From Nitriliruptoraceae bacterium (GTDB lineage Bacteria; Actinomycetota; Nitriliruptoria; Nitriliruptorales; Nitriliruptoraceae), in the NCBI GenBank assembly GCA_007131525.1, contig SLQK01000291.1, positions 1-27,485 of the forward strand: a DNA stretch of 27,485 nt. Reading direction: 5' to 3'. Position 1 is the stretch's first letter; each line of letters begins with the position of its first letter. Below the pieces are notes generated by a model. It saw only the letters and a program-made list of their open reading frames with translations. It made no database searches and was not told where the DNA came from. Of this stretch, positions 15,596-24,810 are shown piece after piece. The position numbers were made by a program, and so were the translations under genes.

Positions 15596-17221
15596 TCAGG
15601 ACGGACCGAGGAAGCGCACCTCGGCGACCTCGGCGGTGAACTCGTCGGTGGCACCGGCTGACAGCCCCGTGATCCACAGCAGCCAGTACTGCTTCGAGGT
15701 CGTGTTGAAGGTGAAGGGCTGCTGGCTGAGGGTGTCGTTCTGGGAGGCCCGGGGTTCCCCCCAGGCACCGGGGCTGGCGGCCTCGGCGGGTAGCTCGTCG
15801 CTGGCGTAGAGCTCGACGGCCAGACCACCTCGGGCGAGCTCGAGGGTGACTCCCCGCACGTCACGTTCCTGCCCGAGATCGAAGGCGAGCCCGATGCCCT
15901 CCTTCGCGCCGCCGAAGTCGGGGTCGTCGTAGGGCTCGGTCGACCAGGTCGTCTGCGGGTCACCGTCGATCGTGTTGGCGGCCTGCTCCAGGTTGTCGCC
16001 CCGACCCGGCGCCGAGGGGTCGACGACCGCCACCTCCTCGACGGGATGGACCACCGCCGTGGTCGTCGGGTCCGGGGTGGCATCGTCCTGGAGTGCGTCG
16101 TAGGCGAACACGGCGACCAGCGTGAGCACGATGCCGCCGAGCACGGCGGCCGCCAGGCGTCGGGCGTACTCCCGACGGGTGGCCGGCATCGGGCCGGAGT
16201 AGGGCAGTTCGTCCCGCATCACCGGCAGGACCTGCGCCGCGTCGGGGTCGTCGTCGTGGACCAGCCCGGCGGTCACCTCGCTCGGCTTGGCGGCCACCAG
16301 GGCCGCCAGGGCCCCGGCCATGGCGTCGCCATCCGGGTACCGGTCGACGCGGTGCCGGCGGGTCGACCGCACGATCACGTCGTCGAGGGCGCGGGGGACG
16401 TCGGCCCGGAGCTGGCGTGGTGGCAGGAGCTCGTGGGTCAGCCGCATCGCGGCGGTCGCCGTCGCGGTGTCACCGCTGAAGGCCGGCCGGCCGGTGAGGC
16501 ACTCGTGGAGCACGACCCCGAGGGCGTAGATGTCGGCCCGGGCGTCGATGTCGCCGTCCTCGAGCTGCTCCGGCGCCACGTAGGCGGCCGTGCCGACCAC
16601 GGTGCCGGGGGTGGTGAGCGTCGCCTCGGTGGACGACAGGGCCTTGGCGATCCCGAAGTCGGTGACCTTGACCGTCCCGTCGGCGGCGATGAGGATGTTG
16701 GCGGGCTTGACGTCGCGGTGGACCAAGCCATGGGCGTGGGCCTCACCCAGCGCCGAGGCCACCTGCTCACCGATCGCCGCGACCGCCACGGGATCGAGCT
16801 CTCCCTCGGCTCGCAGCACCTCGCGGAGGCTCGGACCGTCGACGTGCTCCATGACCAGGTAGACGAGGTCGTCCTGGCGCCCGGTGTCGTAGATCCGCAC
16901 CGCGTTGGGGTGAGCGAGCTGGGCTGCTGCCCGCGACTCCCGCTCGAAACGCTCCACGACCGTGGGGTCGTTGGCGTGATGGGGGTGCAGGAGCTTGATC
17001 GCCACCGTGCGCGACAGGTTCTCGTCGAAGGCACGCCACACGATGGCGGCGCCACCTGAGGCGATCGGCTCCTGCAGGGCGTAGCGTCCGGCGAGGTGCG
17101 ATCGGCCGGGCCAGGGGCGCACCGCCTCCGGCTGCTCAGCGACGCCGTCGGCGGCCACGGAGGCCTCGCCGGTCAGTGTGGGTTGGTCTCCACCCCCCGT
17201 GCGGTCAACGGTCTCGTCCAC
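15596..17221 (-). CDS. Hanks-type Ser/Thr protein kinase, single TM, extracellular beta-rich domain
   Basis: [74 protein letters not shown]-terminal [18 protein letters not shown]. Confidence 0.93.
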   Translation of the reverse strand: MDETVDRTGGGDQPTLTGEASVAADGVAEQPEAVRPWPGRSHLAGRYALQEPIASGGAAIVWRAFDENLSRTVAIKLLHPHHANDPTVVERFERESRAAAQLAHPNAVRIYDTGRQDDLVYLVMEHVDGPSLREVLRAEGELDPVAVAAIGEQVASALGEAHAHGLVHRDVKPANILIAADGTVKVTDFGIAKALSSTEATLTTPGTVVGTAAYVAPEQLEDGDIDARADIYALGVVLHECLTGRPAFSGDTATATAAMRLTHELLPPRQLRADVPRALDDVIVRSTRRHRVDRYPDGDAMAGALAALVAAKPSEVTAGLVHDDDPDAAQVLPVMRDELPYSGPMPATRREYARRLAAAVLGGIVLTLVAVFAYDALQDDATPDPTTTAVVHPVEEVAVVDPSAPGRGDNLEQAANTIDGDPQTTWSTEPYDDPDFGGAKEGIGLAFDLGQERDVRGVTLELARGGLAVELYASDELPAEAASPGAWGEPRASQNDTLSQQPFTFNTTSKQYWLLWITGLSAGATDEFTAEVAEVRFLGPS

Positions 17222-17224
17222 GCG

Positions 17225-17608
17225 CTAGGACCTGATCTGCAGCTGCCGTGCGGCGGTGCGCTCGGTCAGCTCCTCGGTCAGGGCCAGCCGGTGGAGCAGC
17301 AGCGTCCCCGCGTCCCGACCCACCTCGACCGACATCGTCGTCCCGTCCTCCGCCAGGCTGATGAGCTCCACCGATCGTCCCTCCGCCACCGCCTCCGCCG
17401 CCGTCTCGGCCTCGGAGAGGGATCCGCTCGAACGGTAGGCCACCACGGCGGCCCGTGCGACCTCGCCAGCGGCGCTGTCCGCATCGACGGAGGCGACGAC
17501 CACCGCGCCGATCTCGAAGACCACGACGCCGAGGACCCCGAGCCAGAGCACGAGCCGCAGCAGCCAGCCCGTGACGATGCCCCCCGCCTGCCCGTGAGAC
17601 GTGCTCAT
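17225..17608 (-). CDS. Small TadE/pilin-like membrane protein
   Basis: SD AGGAGG, ATG overlaps the upstream stop. Short leader ending QAG, then hydrophobic helix GIVTGWLLRLVLWLGVLGVVVFEIG and a helical AAGEVARAA segment. Confidence 0.62.
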   Translation of the reverse strand: MSTSHGQAGGIVTGWLLRLVLWLGVLGVVVFEIGAVVVASVDADSAAGEVARAAVVAYRSSGSLSEAETAAEAVAEGRSVELISLAEDGTTMSVEVGRDAGTLLLHRLALTEELTERTAARQLQIRS

Positions 17609-19827
17609 CGGGACCCTCCTTGGTCGTCGGTCTCCCCGTCTCGGGGTGTGCCGTCAGTATCGCGCACCACCTCTAACCTCGGCCGTTCGGGCCGCCGACG
17701 TAAGGAACCGACCAGCAGGAGCACCAGGACCACGGTCCCGACCGCGGCCAGTGCGGGTCGTGAGATGGCCGTGGACCGTACCGAGAGGGCTTCCCGGGCG
17801 AGCTCGCGGTCCCCGGCCGGATCGGTGACGACCACCGTGACGGGGAAGGTCCCGGTCGAGACCGCCTGGGTCGCGAAGACCACCGTCTGCGGGCTGCCCT
17901 CGCTCAGCTCGACCACCTCGGAGCGTCGGCCCTCCGGCCACAGCAGCCGGCCCTGGGACTCGACGGTGACGACGACCTGGAGCGGCCCGCCGCGGGTGCG
18001 CTCCACGGTCACGGGCACCTGTCCCGTGTCGGAGGTCAGGGTCACGGGCTGGGCCGCGACCTCGACGACCCCGAAGGTCGCGTCCACCACGCGCCGGACG
18101 TCCCGGACGAGCGCCGCCGCCTGGGGCGCACCGTCGTCGCGGAACCACGTCGAGGTGGCCCGTAGGAGGTCGTCACGCAGCTGCTCGATCGGCCGGTCCT
18201 CCAGTCGGGTCGTCCCGGGTTGCGAGGCGCCCACCGCGGCCTCCAGATCGGTCCACACGGCCGAGATCTCCGGGCCGAGCTCCGGGCCGAGCCCACCCGA
18301 GGATGGCGGGACCAGCCCCAGCAGGCTGGACGTGCGCTGGGCCTCAGCGGACACGGTGGCGGGGGACACGAACCGCAGCCATGGGGCGTCGCTGAGAGCG
18401 GTGAGGAGCTCGTCGGCCACTGCGCCCGGCGGGTCCCAGACCTGCTCCGGCAGCAGCACAAGGCCACGGGGACCCGACCGCGGTGAGGTGAGGTAGGCCA
18501 TCGCCGTCTCCGCCAGCACGCGTTGGCTCGCGACGATCGCGCCGCCGCCGTCCTCGAGCGCTGCGAGCGCGACCGCGAGGTAGGGGTCGCCGACCAGACC
18601 GGTCAGCAACCGCCCGGAGGGCGCCCGCAGCAGCCGTACCGGCGGGCCGAGCTCCGGGTCGGCCCCGAGGGCGGGCAGGTCGGTCACGCGGCTTGGCAGC
18701 AGCAGGGTCTCGCCCGGGACGACGTCCAGCGCCGGATCATCGATGCCTGCGCCGATGAGGTGCGTGGCCCCGTCGACCTCGACCCCGAGCTGGAGCTGCA
18801 GGCGGCGACGGCCGTCAGCAGCGGCGATCGCGGCCAGGTCCCGCTGCACGGCGTCGCCGGCCAGGAGCGCAGCGAGGTCCGCATCGGCGTAGCTCGCGCT
18901 GATCGGTGCCAACGGCGACAGCGCAGCGATGTCACGGATCCGCCGCAGCAGCGCGGTCGCGTCCACCGCGCTGGGATCCGACGGCCCCACCAGGCGCGGT
19001 TCGAGGTTCCCGGTCTCGGTCCGCACCTGGCTGATGTACCCGTCCGAGCGGTCGCTGAGGTCCTCCAGCAGGTGTGCGGCGGGGGCCAGGACCACGGGCA
19101 CGTTGGCGGGGGCTCGCTCCACCGCGCCGACCAACCGGTCGAGCCGCGAGCCCGGTCGGGTCTCGCGCTCGATACCGCTGAGGTAACTGCCGCCCGGTCC
19201 CCGCCACGGCGAGGTGTCGATCGGCCAGATCAGGGAGGTGAGCAGCGGTGTGGTCGGCACCTCGTTGAGCCAGACCACCGCGGTCACGACCTCGTGCAGG
19301 ACCTCGGTGCCGAGCAGGACCGCCACTCGGACCGGGTGCACCCCGCCGCTCCCGCCGGCCCAGGCGATCTCGTCACGGGCGAAGCGATCGGTGAGGCCGA
19401 GCAGCTCGCCGGGCTGGACCGGGCCCTCCTCCGACAGCGGCTGGGTGTGGACGTGGAGCGGTGGCCCGGTCAGGTTGCCGTTCAGCGCGGTCGCCAGCAG
19501 CCCGCGGGTGAGCGAGGGGGGATGGACCTCGACGACCAGCTGGGCTCCGGCCAGCGGTGCGCTGCCGAGGTTGTCGACCAGGACCCGCAGCTCCAGTTCC
19601 TCCGGGTAGAGCTGTTCACGGGAGGGGGCATCCAGCGGTGGGATCGTGCCCGGGCCGAGGATGCGGGTCAGGGCGGTGACGGTGACCTCGACGCGAGGCT
19701 CCGGGACCTCTGTCTGGGCCAGCCCGGGCTGGGCCAGCAGCGTCGTCGACGGCCACAGCACCGCGACGGCGACGGCGACGGCCGCGCGGAGGTTGCGGGC
19801 ACGACCGCGGTCGCGCGAGCAGCTCAC
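17605..19827 (-). CDS. DUF6049-like (Rv3909/SCO3895-like) exported membrane-anchored protein
   Basis: GTG 19827 overlaps the NUDIX stop (GTGA). Signal-like AAVAVAVAVLWP, LTSLIWPID, ASYADADLAAL, QRVLAETAM, C-terminal TM. Synteny. Confidence 0.8.
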   Translation of the reverse strand: MSCSRDRGRARNLRAAVAVAVAVLWPSTTLLAQPGLAQTEVPEPRVEVTVTALTRILGPGTIPPLDAPSREQLYPEELELRVLVDNLGSAPLAGAQLVVEVHPPSLTRGLLATALNGNLTGPPLHVHTQPLSEEGPVQPGELLGLTDRFARDEIAWAGGSGGVHPVRVAVLLGTEVLHEVVTAVVWLNEVPTTPLLTSLIWPIDTSPWRGPGGSYLSGIERETRPGSRLDRLVGAVERAPANVPVVLAPAAHLLEDLSDRSDGYISQVRTETGNLEPRLVGPSDPSAVDATALLRRIRDIAALSPLAPISASYADADLAALLAGDAVQRDLAAIAAADGRRRLQLQLGVEVDGATHLIGAGIDDPALDVVPGETLLLPSRVTDLPALGADPELGPPVRLLRAPSGRLLTGLVGDPYLAVALAALEDGGGAIVASQRVLAETAMAYLTSPRSGPRGLVLLPEQVWDPPGAVADELLTALSDAPWLRFVSPATVSAEAQRTSSLLGLVPPSSGGLGPELGPEISAVWTDLEAAVGASQPGTTRLEDRPIEQLRDDLLRATSTWFRDDGAPQAAALVRDVRRVVDATFGVVEVAAQPVTLTSDTGQVPVTVERTRGGPLQVVVTVESQGRLLWPEGRRSEVVELSEGSPQTVVFATQAVSTGTFPVTVVVTDPAGDRELAREALSVRSTAISRPALAAVGTVVLVLLLVGSLRRRPERPRLEVVRDTDGTPRDGETDDQGGSR

Positions 19828-20312
19828 CCGTCGATCGCGGCGGCAGCGTGCCGCGGCGGCTGGGGACGGGCGGGCGCGGCGGTCCGTGCCTTCTCCACCA
19901 GCTTGCGCTCGTTGCGATGAGCGAGCCGGACCAGGGCCACCTCCAGGGGGACCCACTCCACGTGCTCGGCCTCGTCGTCCCTCGTGCCCGGCTCCTGGCC
20001 GTCCCACCACATGAAGTAGTAGTGGACGAACTTGTGGTAGCGGACCTGATCGGGGCGCCACACGAACCAGTACTCGATCGTGCCGAGCCGCTCACCGACC
20101 AGGGCGCCGTAGCCGGTCTCCTCGCGGACCTCGCGCAGCGCGGCCTGTTCGTCCGACTCGCCCTGCTCGATACCGCCCTTGGGCAGCGTCCACTGCGGTT
20201 TGCCGGCGGCGTTGCGCCGGGCGATCAGGAGCACCCATCGACGGCCGTCCGGCCGGTCGTCGCAGACCACACCACCGGCGGAGGTGGCGCGTCGCGTGGG
20301 GTACCTGGCCAT
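19824..20312 (-). CDS. NUDIX hydrolase (MutT4/Rv3908-like)
   Basis: SAGGVV, WTLPKG, intact Nudix box [32 protein letters not shown]. Start ATG 20312. Confidence 0.92.
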   Translation of the reverse strand: MARYPTRRATSAGGVVCDDRPDGRRWVLLIARRNAAGKPQWTLPKGGIEQGESDEQAALREVREETGYGALVGERLGTIEYWFVWRPDQVRYHKFVHYYFMWWDGQEPGTRDDEAEHVEWVPLEVALVRLAHRNERKLVEKARTAAPARPQPPRHAAAAIDG

Positions 20313-20319
20313 GGCGTCG

Positions 20320-20325
20320 AGGGTA
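20320..20325 (-). promoter_or_regulatory. -10 box, likely leaderless promoter of the NUDIX-to-anti-sigma operon
   Basis: Minus strand TACCCT, 7 nt, then ATG 20312. Confidence 0.55.
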
Positions 20326-20436
20326 GCGACCGGCCCCGTCACCGCGAGGTCTACGCTGACGTCCCGGGGTGGGTTCGACGGCCAGGTCGCCCGTCGCTGC
20401 TGGATCCGCTGGCGCGCCCCGAGGGGCGGAGGTGCC

Positions 20437-20889
20437 ATGCGTGCAGTGGTCCAGCGGGTCACCTCGGCTGCGGTCCGGACGCTGCTGCCGCAGGCGGAGC
20501 CGGTCGAGACGGGACGGATCGGCCCCGGCCTGGTCGTCCTGGTCGGGGTGACCCACGACGATGGACCGGCGGAGGCCGAGAAGCTGGCCCACAAGCTGCT
20601 GCACCTGCGGATCTTCCCGGACGAGGCCGGCGCGATGAACCGCAGCTGTGCCGACACCGGCGGCGATCTGCTCGTGGTGAGCCAGTTCACCCTCTACGCC
20701 GACACCCGGAAGGGTCGCCGACCCTCCTTCGTGGCGGCGGCCGGCCCCGAGGTGGCGGAACCGCTCATCGAGCACCTGGTCGCGAGCCTGCGGGCATCGG
20801 GCGCGACGGTGGCAACCGGCAGGTTCCGCACCCACATGCAGGTGAGCCTGGTCAACGACGGCCCCGTCACCGTCGAGCTCGAGGTGTGA
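20437..20889 (+). CDS. dtd: D-aminoacyl-tRNA deacylase
   Basis: [44 protein letters not shown]. Confidence 0.96.
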   Translation: MRAVVQRVTSAAVRTLLPQAEPVETGRIGPGLVVLVGVTHDDGPAEAEKLAHKLLHLRIFPDEAGAMNRSCADTGGDLLVVSQFTLYADTRKGRRPSFVAAAGPEVAEPLIEHLVASLRASGATVATGRFRTHMQVSLVNDGPVTVELEV

Positions 20890-20898
20890 GCCGGCCTG

Positions 20899-20927
20899 CT
20901 CAAGTCGCGAGCTGGCGTGGTCGATGA
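20899..20927 (+). promoter_or_regulatory. Possible sigma28 (FliA/WhiG-family) promoter before pilT
   Basis: CTCAAG-N15-GTCGATGA resembles TCAAG/TAAA-N14-16-GCCGAT(A); one mismatch in the -10 core. Confidence 0.4.
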
Positions 20928-20981
20928 CGCGGACGAGGTGACGGTGCCCCCGATGCCGTCCGTCACAGGAGCCCGAGCTTC

Positions 20982-22064
20982 GTGCCGAACGTGAACGAGT
21001 ACCTACAGATCCTGGTGGAGTCCGGCGGTTCCGACCTGCACCTCAAGGCGGGTGGTCCGGCCTACGTCCGGATCGACGGCGACCTGAAGCCCGTCACCAC
21101 CCTGCCCCCGGTCTCCGAGGGCGACACCGCACAGCTCGCCCAGTCGATGATGGACGCCCGGCTGCGGGAGACCTTCGAACGGGACAAGGAGGTCGACTTC
21201 GCCTTCTCGATCCCGGGCGTGGGGCGGTTCCGGGTCAACGCCTTCCTGCAGCGGGGCTCCGTCGGGATCGTGTGTCGCCGGGTGCTGCCGGGGTCCCAGT
21301 CCTTCGAGGCGCTCGGGCTGCCGGCCTCGGTGCGCAAGCTCGCCGAGGAGCACCGTGGCCTGGTCCTGGTCACCGGTCCGACGGGCTCCGGGAAGACGAC
21401 CACGACCGCCGCGATGATCAGCCACATCAACGCGACCCGGCGGTGCCACATCGTCACCCTCGAGGACCCGATCGAGGTGCTGCACCGCGATGACCACGCG
21501 ATCATCGACCAGCGTGAGGTCGGCGTCGACACCCGCGACTTCGCCAGCGGGCTGAAGGCGGTGTCCCGGCAGGACCCGGACGTGATCTTCATCGGCGAGA
21601 TGCGCGACCTCGAGACCGTCGAGGCTGCGTTGCAGGCAGCGGAGACCGGCCACCTCGTCATCTCGACGCTGCACACCACCGACGCCCGTGAGACCATCAA
21701 CCGGGTGGTCGACATGTACCCGAAGGAGAGCCAGGGGCAGGCGCGGATCAGCCTGGCGAACTCGCTGAAGGGCATCGTGTGTCAGCGGCTGGCCCCCCGG
21801 GCGACGGGGCACGGCCGGGTCGCGGTCGTCGAGGTGCTCGTGATGACCACGCGGACCTACGAGTTCATCGTCGATCCCGCCCAGCTGCCCATGGTCTCCG
21901 AGGCGATCGCCGAGGGTGGGTACTACGGCATGCAGACCTTCGACCAGCACCTGCTGTCGTTGTACGAGTCCGGTGAGGTGTCGCTACGGGACGCCCTGGC
22001 CACCGCGACCAACCCCCACGACTTCCGCGTCTCCCTGCGCGGAGCGGGCCTGGCGGCCTCCTGA
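20982..22064 (+). CDS. pilT: Type IV pilus retraction ATPase, PilT/PilU family
   Basis: SDLHLKAG, GRFRVNAF, Walker A GPTGSGKTTT, Asp box EDPIE, RQDPDVIFIGEMRD, His box GHLVISTLH, GMQTFDQ. Confidence 0.93.
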   Translation: MPNVNEYLQILVESGGSDLHLKAGGPAYVRIDGDLKPVTTLPPVSEGDTAQLAQSMMDARLRETFERDKEVDFAFSIPGVGRFRVNAFLQRGSVGIVCRRVLPGSQSFEALGLPASVRKLAEEHRGLVLVTGPTGSGKTTTTAAMISHINATRRCHIVTLEDPIEVLHRDDHAIIDQREVGVDTRDFASGLKAVSRQDPDVIFIGEMRDLETVEAALQAAETGHLVISTLHTTDARETINRVVDMYPKESQGQARISLANSLKGIVCQRLAPRATGHGRVAVVEVLVMTTRTYEFIVDPAQLPMVSEAIAEGGYYGMQTFDQHLLSLYESGEVSLRDALATATNPHDFRVSLRGAGLAAS

Positions 22065-22078
22065 CGGCTGCCGGTCCG

Positions 22079-22115
22079 GGACCCTGCCGCGCCCAGCGGG
22101 GGCGCGGCGGGGTCC
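22079..22115. terminator. Strong hairpin between convergent pilT and ydbT-like gene, probably a bidirectional terminator
   Basis: GGACCCTGCCGCGCCC-agcgg-GGGCGCGGCGGGGTCC, a 16-bp stem with one G:U pair. A second 8-bp stem spans 22131-22158. Confidence 0.7.
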
Positions 22116-22178
22116 GTTCTCGGTCACGGACGGCCGGTGCACCACCCCAGACCGGCCGGGCTCGCGGCTGCGGGGTGG

Positions 22179-23924
22179 TCAGCCGGCCGCTGCTGGCTGG
22201 CTCCCTGCCCCGGAGCCGTCGTGTCGACCGCTCCGCCCGCCGGCCTCGCCGCCGGGGCCATCCGCACGTTCGGGCACGACGGGGATCGGCGACGCTGCGT
22301 GCTCGGTGAGCTGGGCGTGGAGGCGCGCGGCGTCGTCACGACCGGCGTCGAGCACCGTCAGGAGCGCCCCGGGGCCCGCGACGTGGGCGAGCAGGGTGGT
22401 CAGCCCGAGGCGTCGCTGGAAGAAGGAGCGGCGGCTGGTGAGGGCCTGGACCTTCACCACCGGGGCGATGCTGGTGCTGATCGACAGCGCCCCGCTCCGG
22501 GCTGCGACGACCAGGGGTGTGGCACCGTGCGCCAGCTGGCGGTACTCGATCACCGCCAACACGGCGTTGATGGGCAGCAGCAGGAACGTGTAGGGCTGCA
22601 GCGTGGCGACCAGGTCGGTGTCGAGGAAGCCGATCACCTCGGGGAGCAGGTGCACGGCGGCGATCAGCAGCGCTGCCGGGCGCAGCCACCGGAACAGCGC
22701 CCGGCGGAGGGCGGCAGGCGGGTGGGCATGCAGGTCCGGGACCCCGTCGACGTTGGGGAGCAGCTCGCTGAGGAGGCGATCGACGTCCTCGGTGGGCAGC
22801 AGGGGCACGGTCACCCGACCCTCCCCCCCGGTCGAGCCACCGGCGGAGCGGATCCGCACCGTGGCGTAGCCGAGGACCCGGCGGGCCCAGTTCCGCTTGA
22901 TCTCCACCAGCTGGAGCCGGCGCAGGGGCACCACGGAGTCCCGGGTGGACAGCAGGCCCCGGGAGACGTGGAGGTCCTCGTCCACCTGCCGGATGTGGAA
23001 GTTGCCGTCCCGCAGGACCCCGACGACCACCGCGGCGGCCACGGACAGCACGAGCCCCAGCGCGGCACCGATCGCGAGCAGCCGCAGGTCGGGGCCCACC
23101 ACGGTGGGGGTCTCACCGGCGAGCCCGAGCTCGATCATCCGCTCGATCGCCTCGTCGATGAACGGACCGATCTGGTTGCCGATGAACTGCAGCGCACCAC
23201 CGAGCACGGCCGGCAGGACCAGCAGTCTCGCTCCGGTGACCGACGCGAGGACGACGTGTCGCATCGGGACCCGGAGCACCTCCCGGCCGGCGGCACCCGA
23301 CGGGTCGTCCTCCGAGGGGGTCCCGGCGGTGGTCCGTCCGGCGAGGCGGGCCTGGCTGAGCCGCACCGCTGAGCGCAGGGCGACGGCGTCGGCCTCCGGC
23401 AGCACGCGCAGGTCGACCTCGGGCTCGCTGGCGCTGCCGGCGGTCTCCACGCGGATGGCCGCCAGCCCGAACAGCCGCTGGATCGCGCCGCGGTGGATCT
23501 CGACCTGCTGGATCCGGCTGACATCCAGGCTGCGGTGGTTGCGGCTGAGCACGCCGTGGTCGACGCGGAGCACCTCGCCGTCGAAGGAGAAGGTCCGCAT
23601 CCGCCAGTCCAGGACGCGCACGACCCCCCCGACGGCGGCGAAGGTGAGGAGCACGAACAGGGTGAGCCAGGCCGGCGCCGCCAGGGTGGCCACGAAGGGG
23701 AAGATCAGCGCCTGGACCGCCTGCGCGACAGGGATGCCGAGGACGACGGACGCGGGGTGGAGCCGTCGTGGCTCGGTGAAGTCGCGCTGCGGTGCGGCCG
23801 CTGACGCGTCGGGCGGGCCAGGCGTGCCGGCACCCGCTGGACCCCGCCTGTCCCGCGTGTCCCGCGGGTAGGAGGGGGAGGGGGGCGGCGGTGGCGGGGG
23901 CTGCGTGCCGGGCTCAGACGGCAT
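22179..23924 (-). CDS. YdbT-like membrane protein with multiple bacterial PH (bPH_2) domains
   Basis: RRLHPAS, GVLSRNHRSLDVSRIQQVEI..QRLFGLA..VETAG, GLLSTRDSVVPLRRLQ, VKVQAL..SFFQRRLGL. ATG 23924. Confidence 0.88.
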   Translation of the reverse strand: MPSEPGTQPPPPPPPSPSYPRDTRDRRGPAGAGTPGPPDASAAAPQRDFTEPRRLHPASVVLGIPVAQAVQALIFPFVATLAAPAWLTLFVLLTFAAVGGVVRVLDWRMRTFSFDGEVLRVDHGVLSRNHRSLDVSRIQQVEIHRGAIQRLFGLAAIRVETAGSASEPEVDLRVLPEADAVALRSAVRLSQARLAGRTTAGTPSEDDPSGAAGREVLRVPMRHVVLASVTGARLLVLPAVLGGALQFIGNQIGPFIDEAIERMIELGLAGETPTVVGPDLRLLAIGAALGLVLSVAAAVVVGVLRDGNFHIRQVDEDLHVSRGLLSTRDSVVPLRRLQLVEIKRNWARRVLGYATVRIRSAGGSTGGEGRVTVPLLPTEDVDRLLSELLPNVDGVPDLHAHPPAALRRALFRWLRPAALLIAAVHLLPEVIGFLDTDLVATLQPYTFLLLPINAVLAVIEYRQLAHGATPLVVAARSGALSISTSIAPVVKVQALTSRRSFFQRRLGLTTLLAHVAGPGALLTVLDAGRDDAARLHAQLTEHAASPIPVVPERADGPGGEAGGRSGRHDGSGAGSQPAAAG

Positions 23925-24624
23925 CGCGCAGGTCCCCGGGGTGCTCCGCCACCGCGGCGGCGGCTCTGGCCAGCAGCTCGGCGCGCACGCGGGGGGCATC
24001 TGCCGCCGCGATGCCGGGTAGGACGGCGGAGCCCGATGCCGAGGCGCTGGTCACCTGCAGGCTGGCGAGCTCGAGGAGCCGATCCACCGGCCCGGCCGCG
24101 ATGTCGATCTGCTGGATACGGAAGTAGGGGACGGTCTCCTGGGTCCGGACCAGCACGCCGTAGCGCAGCTCGATCGCGAGCTCCGTCAGCTGCCAGCGCC
24201 AGCGGCGGTAGCGCATCGGTGGGTAGAAGACCACGGAGAAGGTCACCAGCCCGGCGAGCAGCACCACCACCAGCCAGCCCCAGCTGCCACCGAAGACGAA
24301 GCCCAGCACCAGGGCGACCACGGAGGGCAGGATCCAGCCCAGCGCCGCCGACAGCCGCCAGGAGGTGATCACCGCAGGCGCCAGCTCGCGTTCGCGGTCG
24401 TCAAGGCCCGGGCGGGGGATGTCGTCGCCGGCCTGGACGGTCACCGGGCCGCCCTCACCCCACCCGGTCGGGGTGCCGCCCGGGCTCGGCACCGCTGCGG
24501 ACCACGGCGTTGGCCGCTCAGCCGGTCGGGGTGGCGGCGGGCCGCCGGTCGCTGGGCGCCCCGCCGCCGGCGGCGGAGGGGGGGACGGCGGGCGGGGCGC
24601 CGATCCCCGATCGGTGGAGCTCAC
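23914..24624 (-). CDS. YdbS-like membrane protein with a bPH_2 domain (start uncertain; alternative ATG 24690)
   Basis: RYRRWRWQL..GVLVRTQETVPYFRIQQIDI..GPVDRLLELASLQVTSAS. Two TMs. GAGGT SD before GTG 24624. Confidence 0.85.
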   Translation of the reverse strand: MSSTDRGSAPRPPSPPPPPAAGRPATGGPPPPRPAERPTPWSAAVPSPGGTPTGWGEGGPVTVQAGDDIPRPGLDDRERELAPAVITSWRLSAALGWILPSVVALVLGFVFGGSWGWLVVVLLAGLVTFSVVFYPPMRYRRWRWQLTELAIELRYGVLVRTQETVPYFRIQQIDIAAGPVDRLLELASLQVTSASASGSAVLPGIAAADAPRVRAELLARAAAAVAEHPGDLRDAV

Positions 24625-24645
24625 GGAGACCTCGAGAGGACCTTG

Positions 24646-24664
24646 TGGTCGCGTGGTGGTCGCG
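24646..24664 (-). repeat. CGCGACCA x2 on the minus strand
   Basis: TGGTCGCG at 24646-24653 and 24657-24664. Confidence 0.6.
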
Positions 24665-24810
24665 TCGGGTGTGGTCTCCCATGGCACCATACGGGGCCGG
24701 ACCCTGCACGCCGGCCTGGTCGGCCGTGCGGCCGGACGGCGGTCGGGCCGTGCGCCCCGGCCCTACAGTGGCGGGCTGATGCGCGAGCCCTCTCCGGCGC
24801 GACCCGACCG

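Noticed and set aside
15592-16083. 372-aa version of the sigma factor ORF
   Set aside because: The extra region is another frame of the kinase gene. ATG 15591 follows the kinase stop by 4 nt.
19828-20690. Extended starts for DUF6049 (20061) and NUDIX (20690)
   Set aside because: They overlap NUDIX and dtd respectively. The GTGA coupling and the leaderless -10 support 19827 and 20312.
20938-20966. Riboswitch (e.g. c-di-GMP) upstream of pilT
   Set aside because: Only a 7-bp stem is visible, with none of the conserved GEMM or class II motifs. An Rfam scan would settle it.
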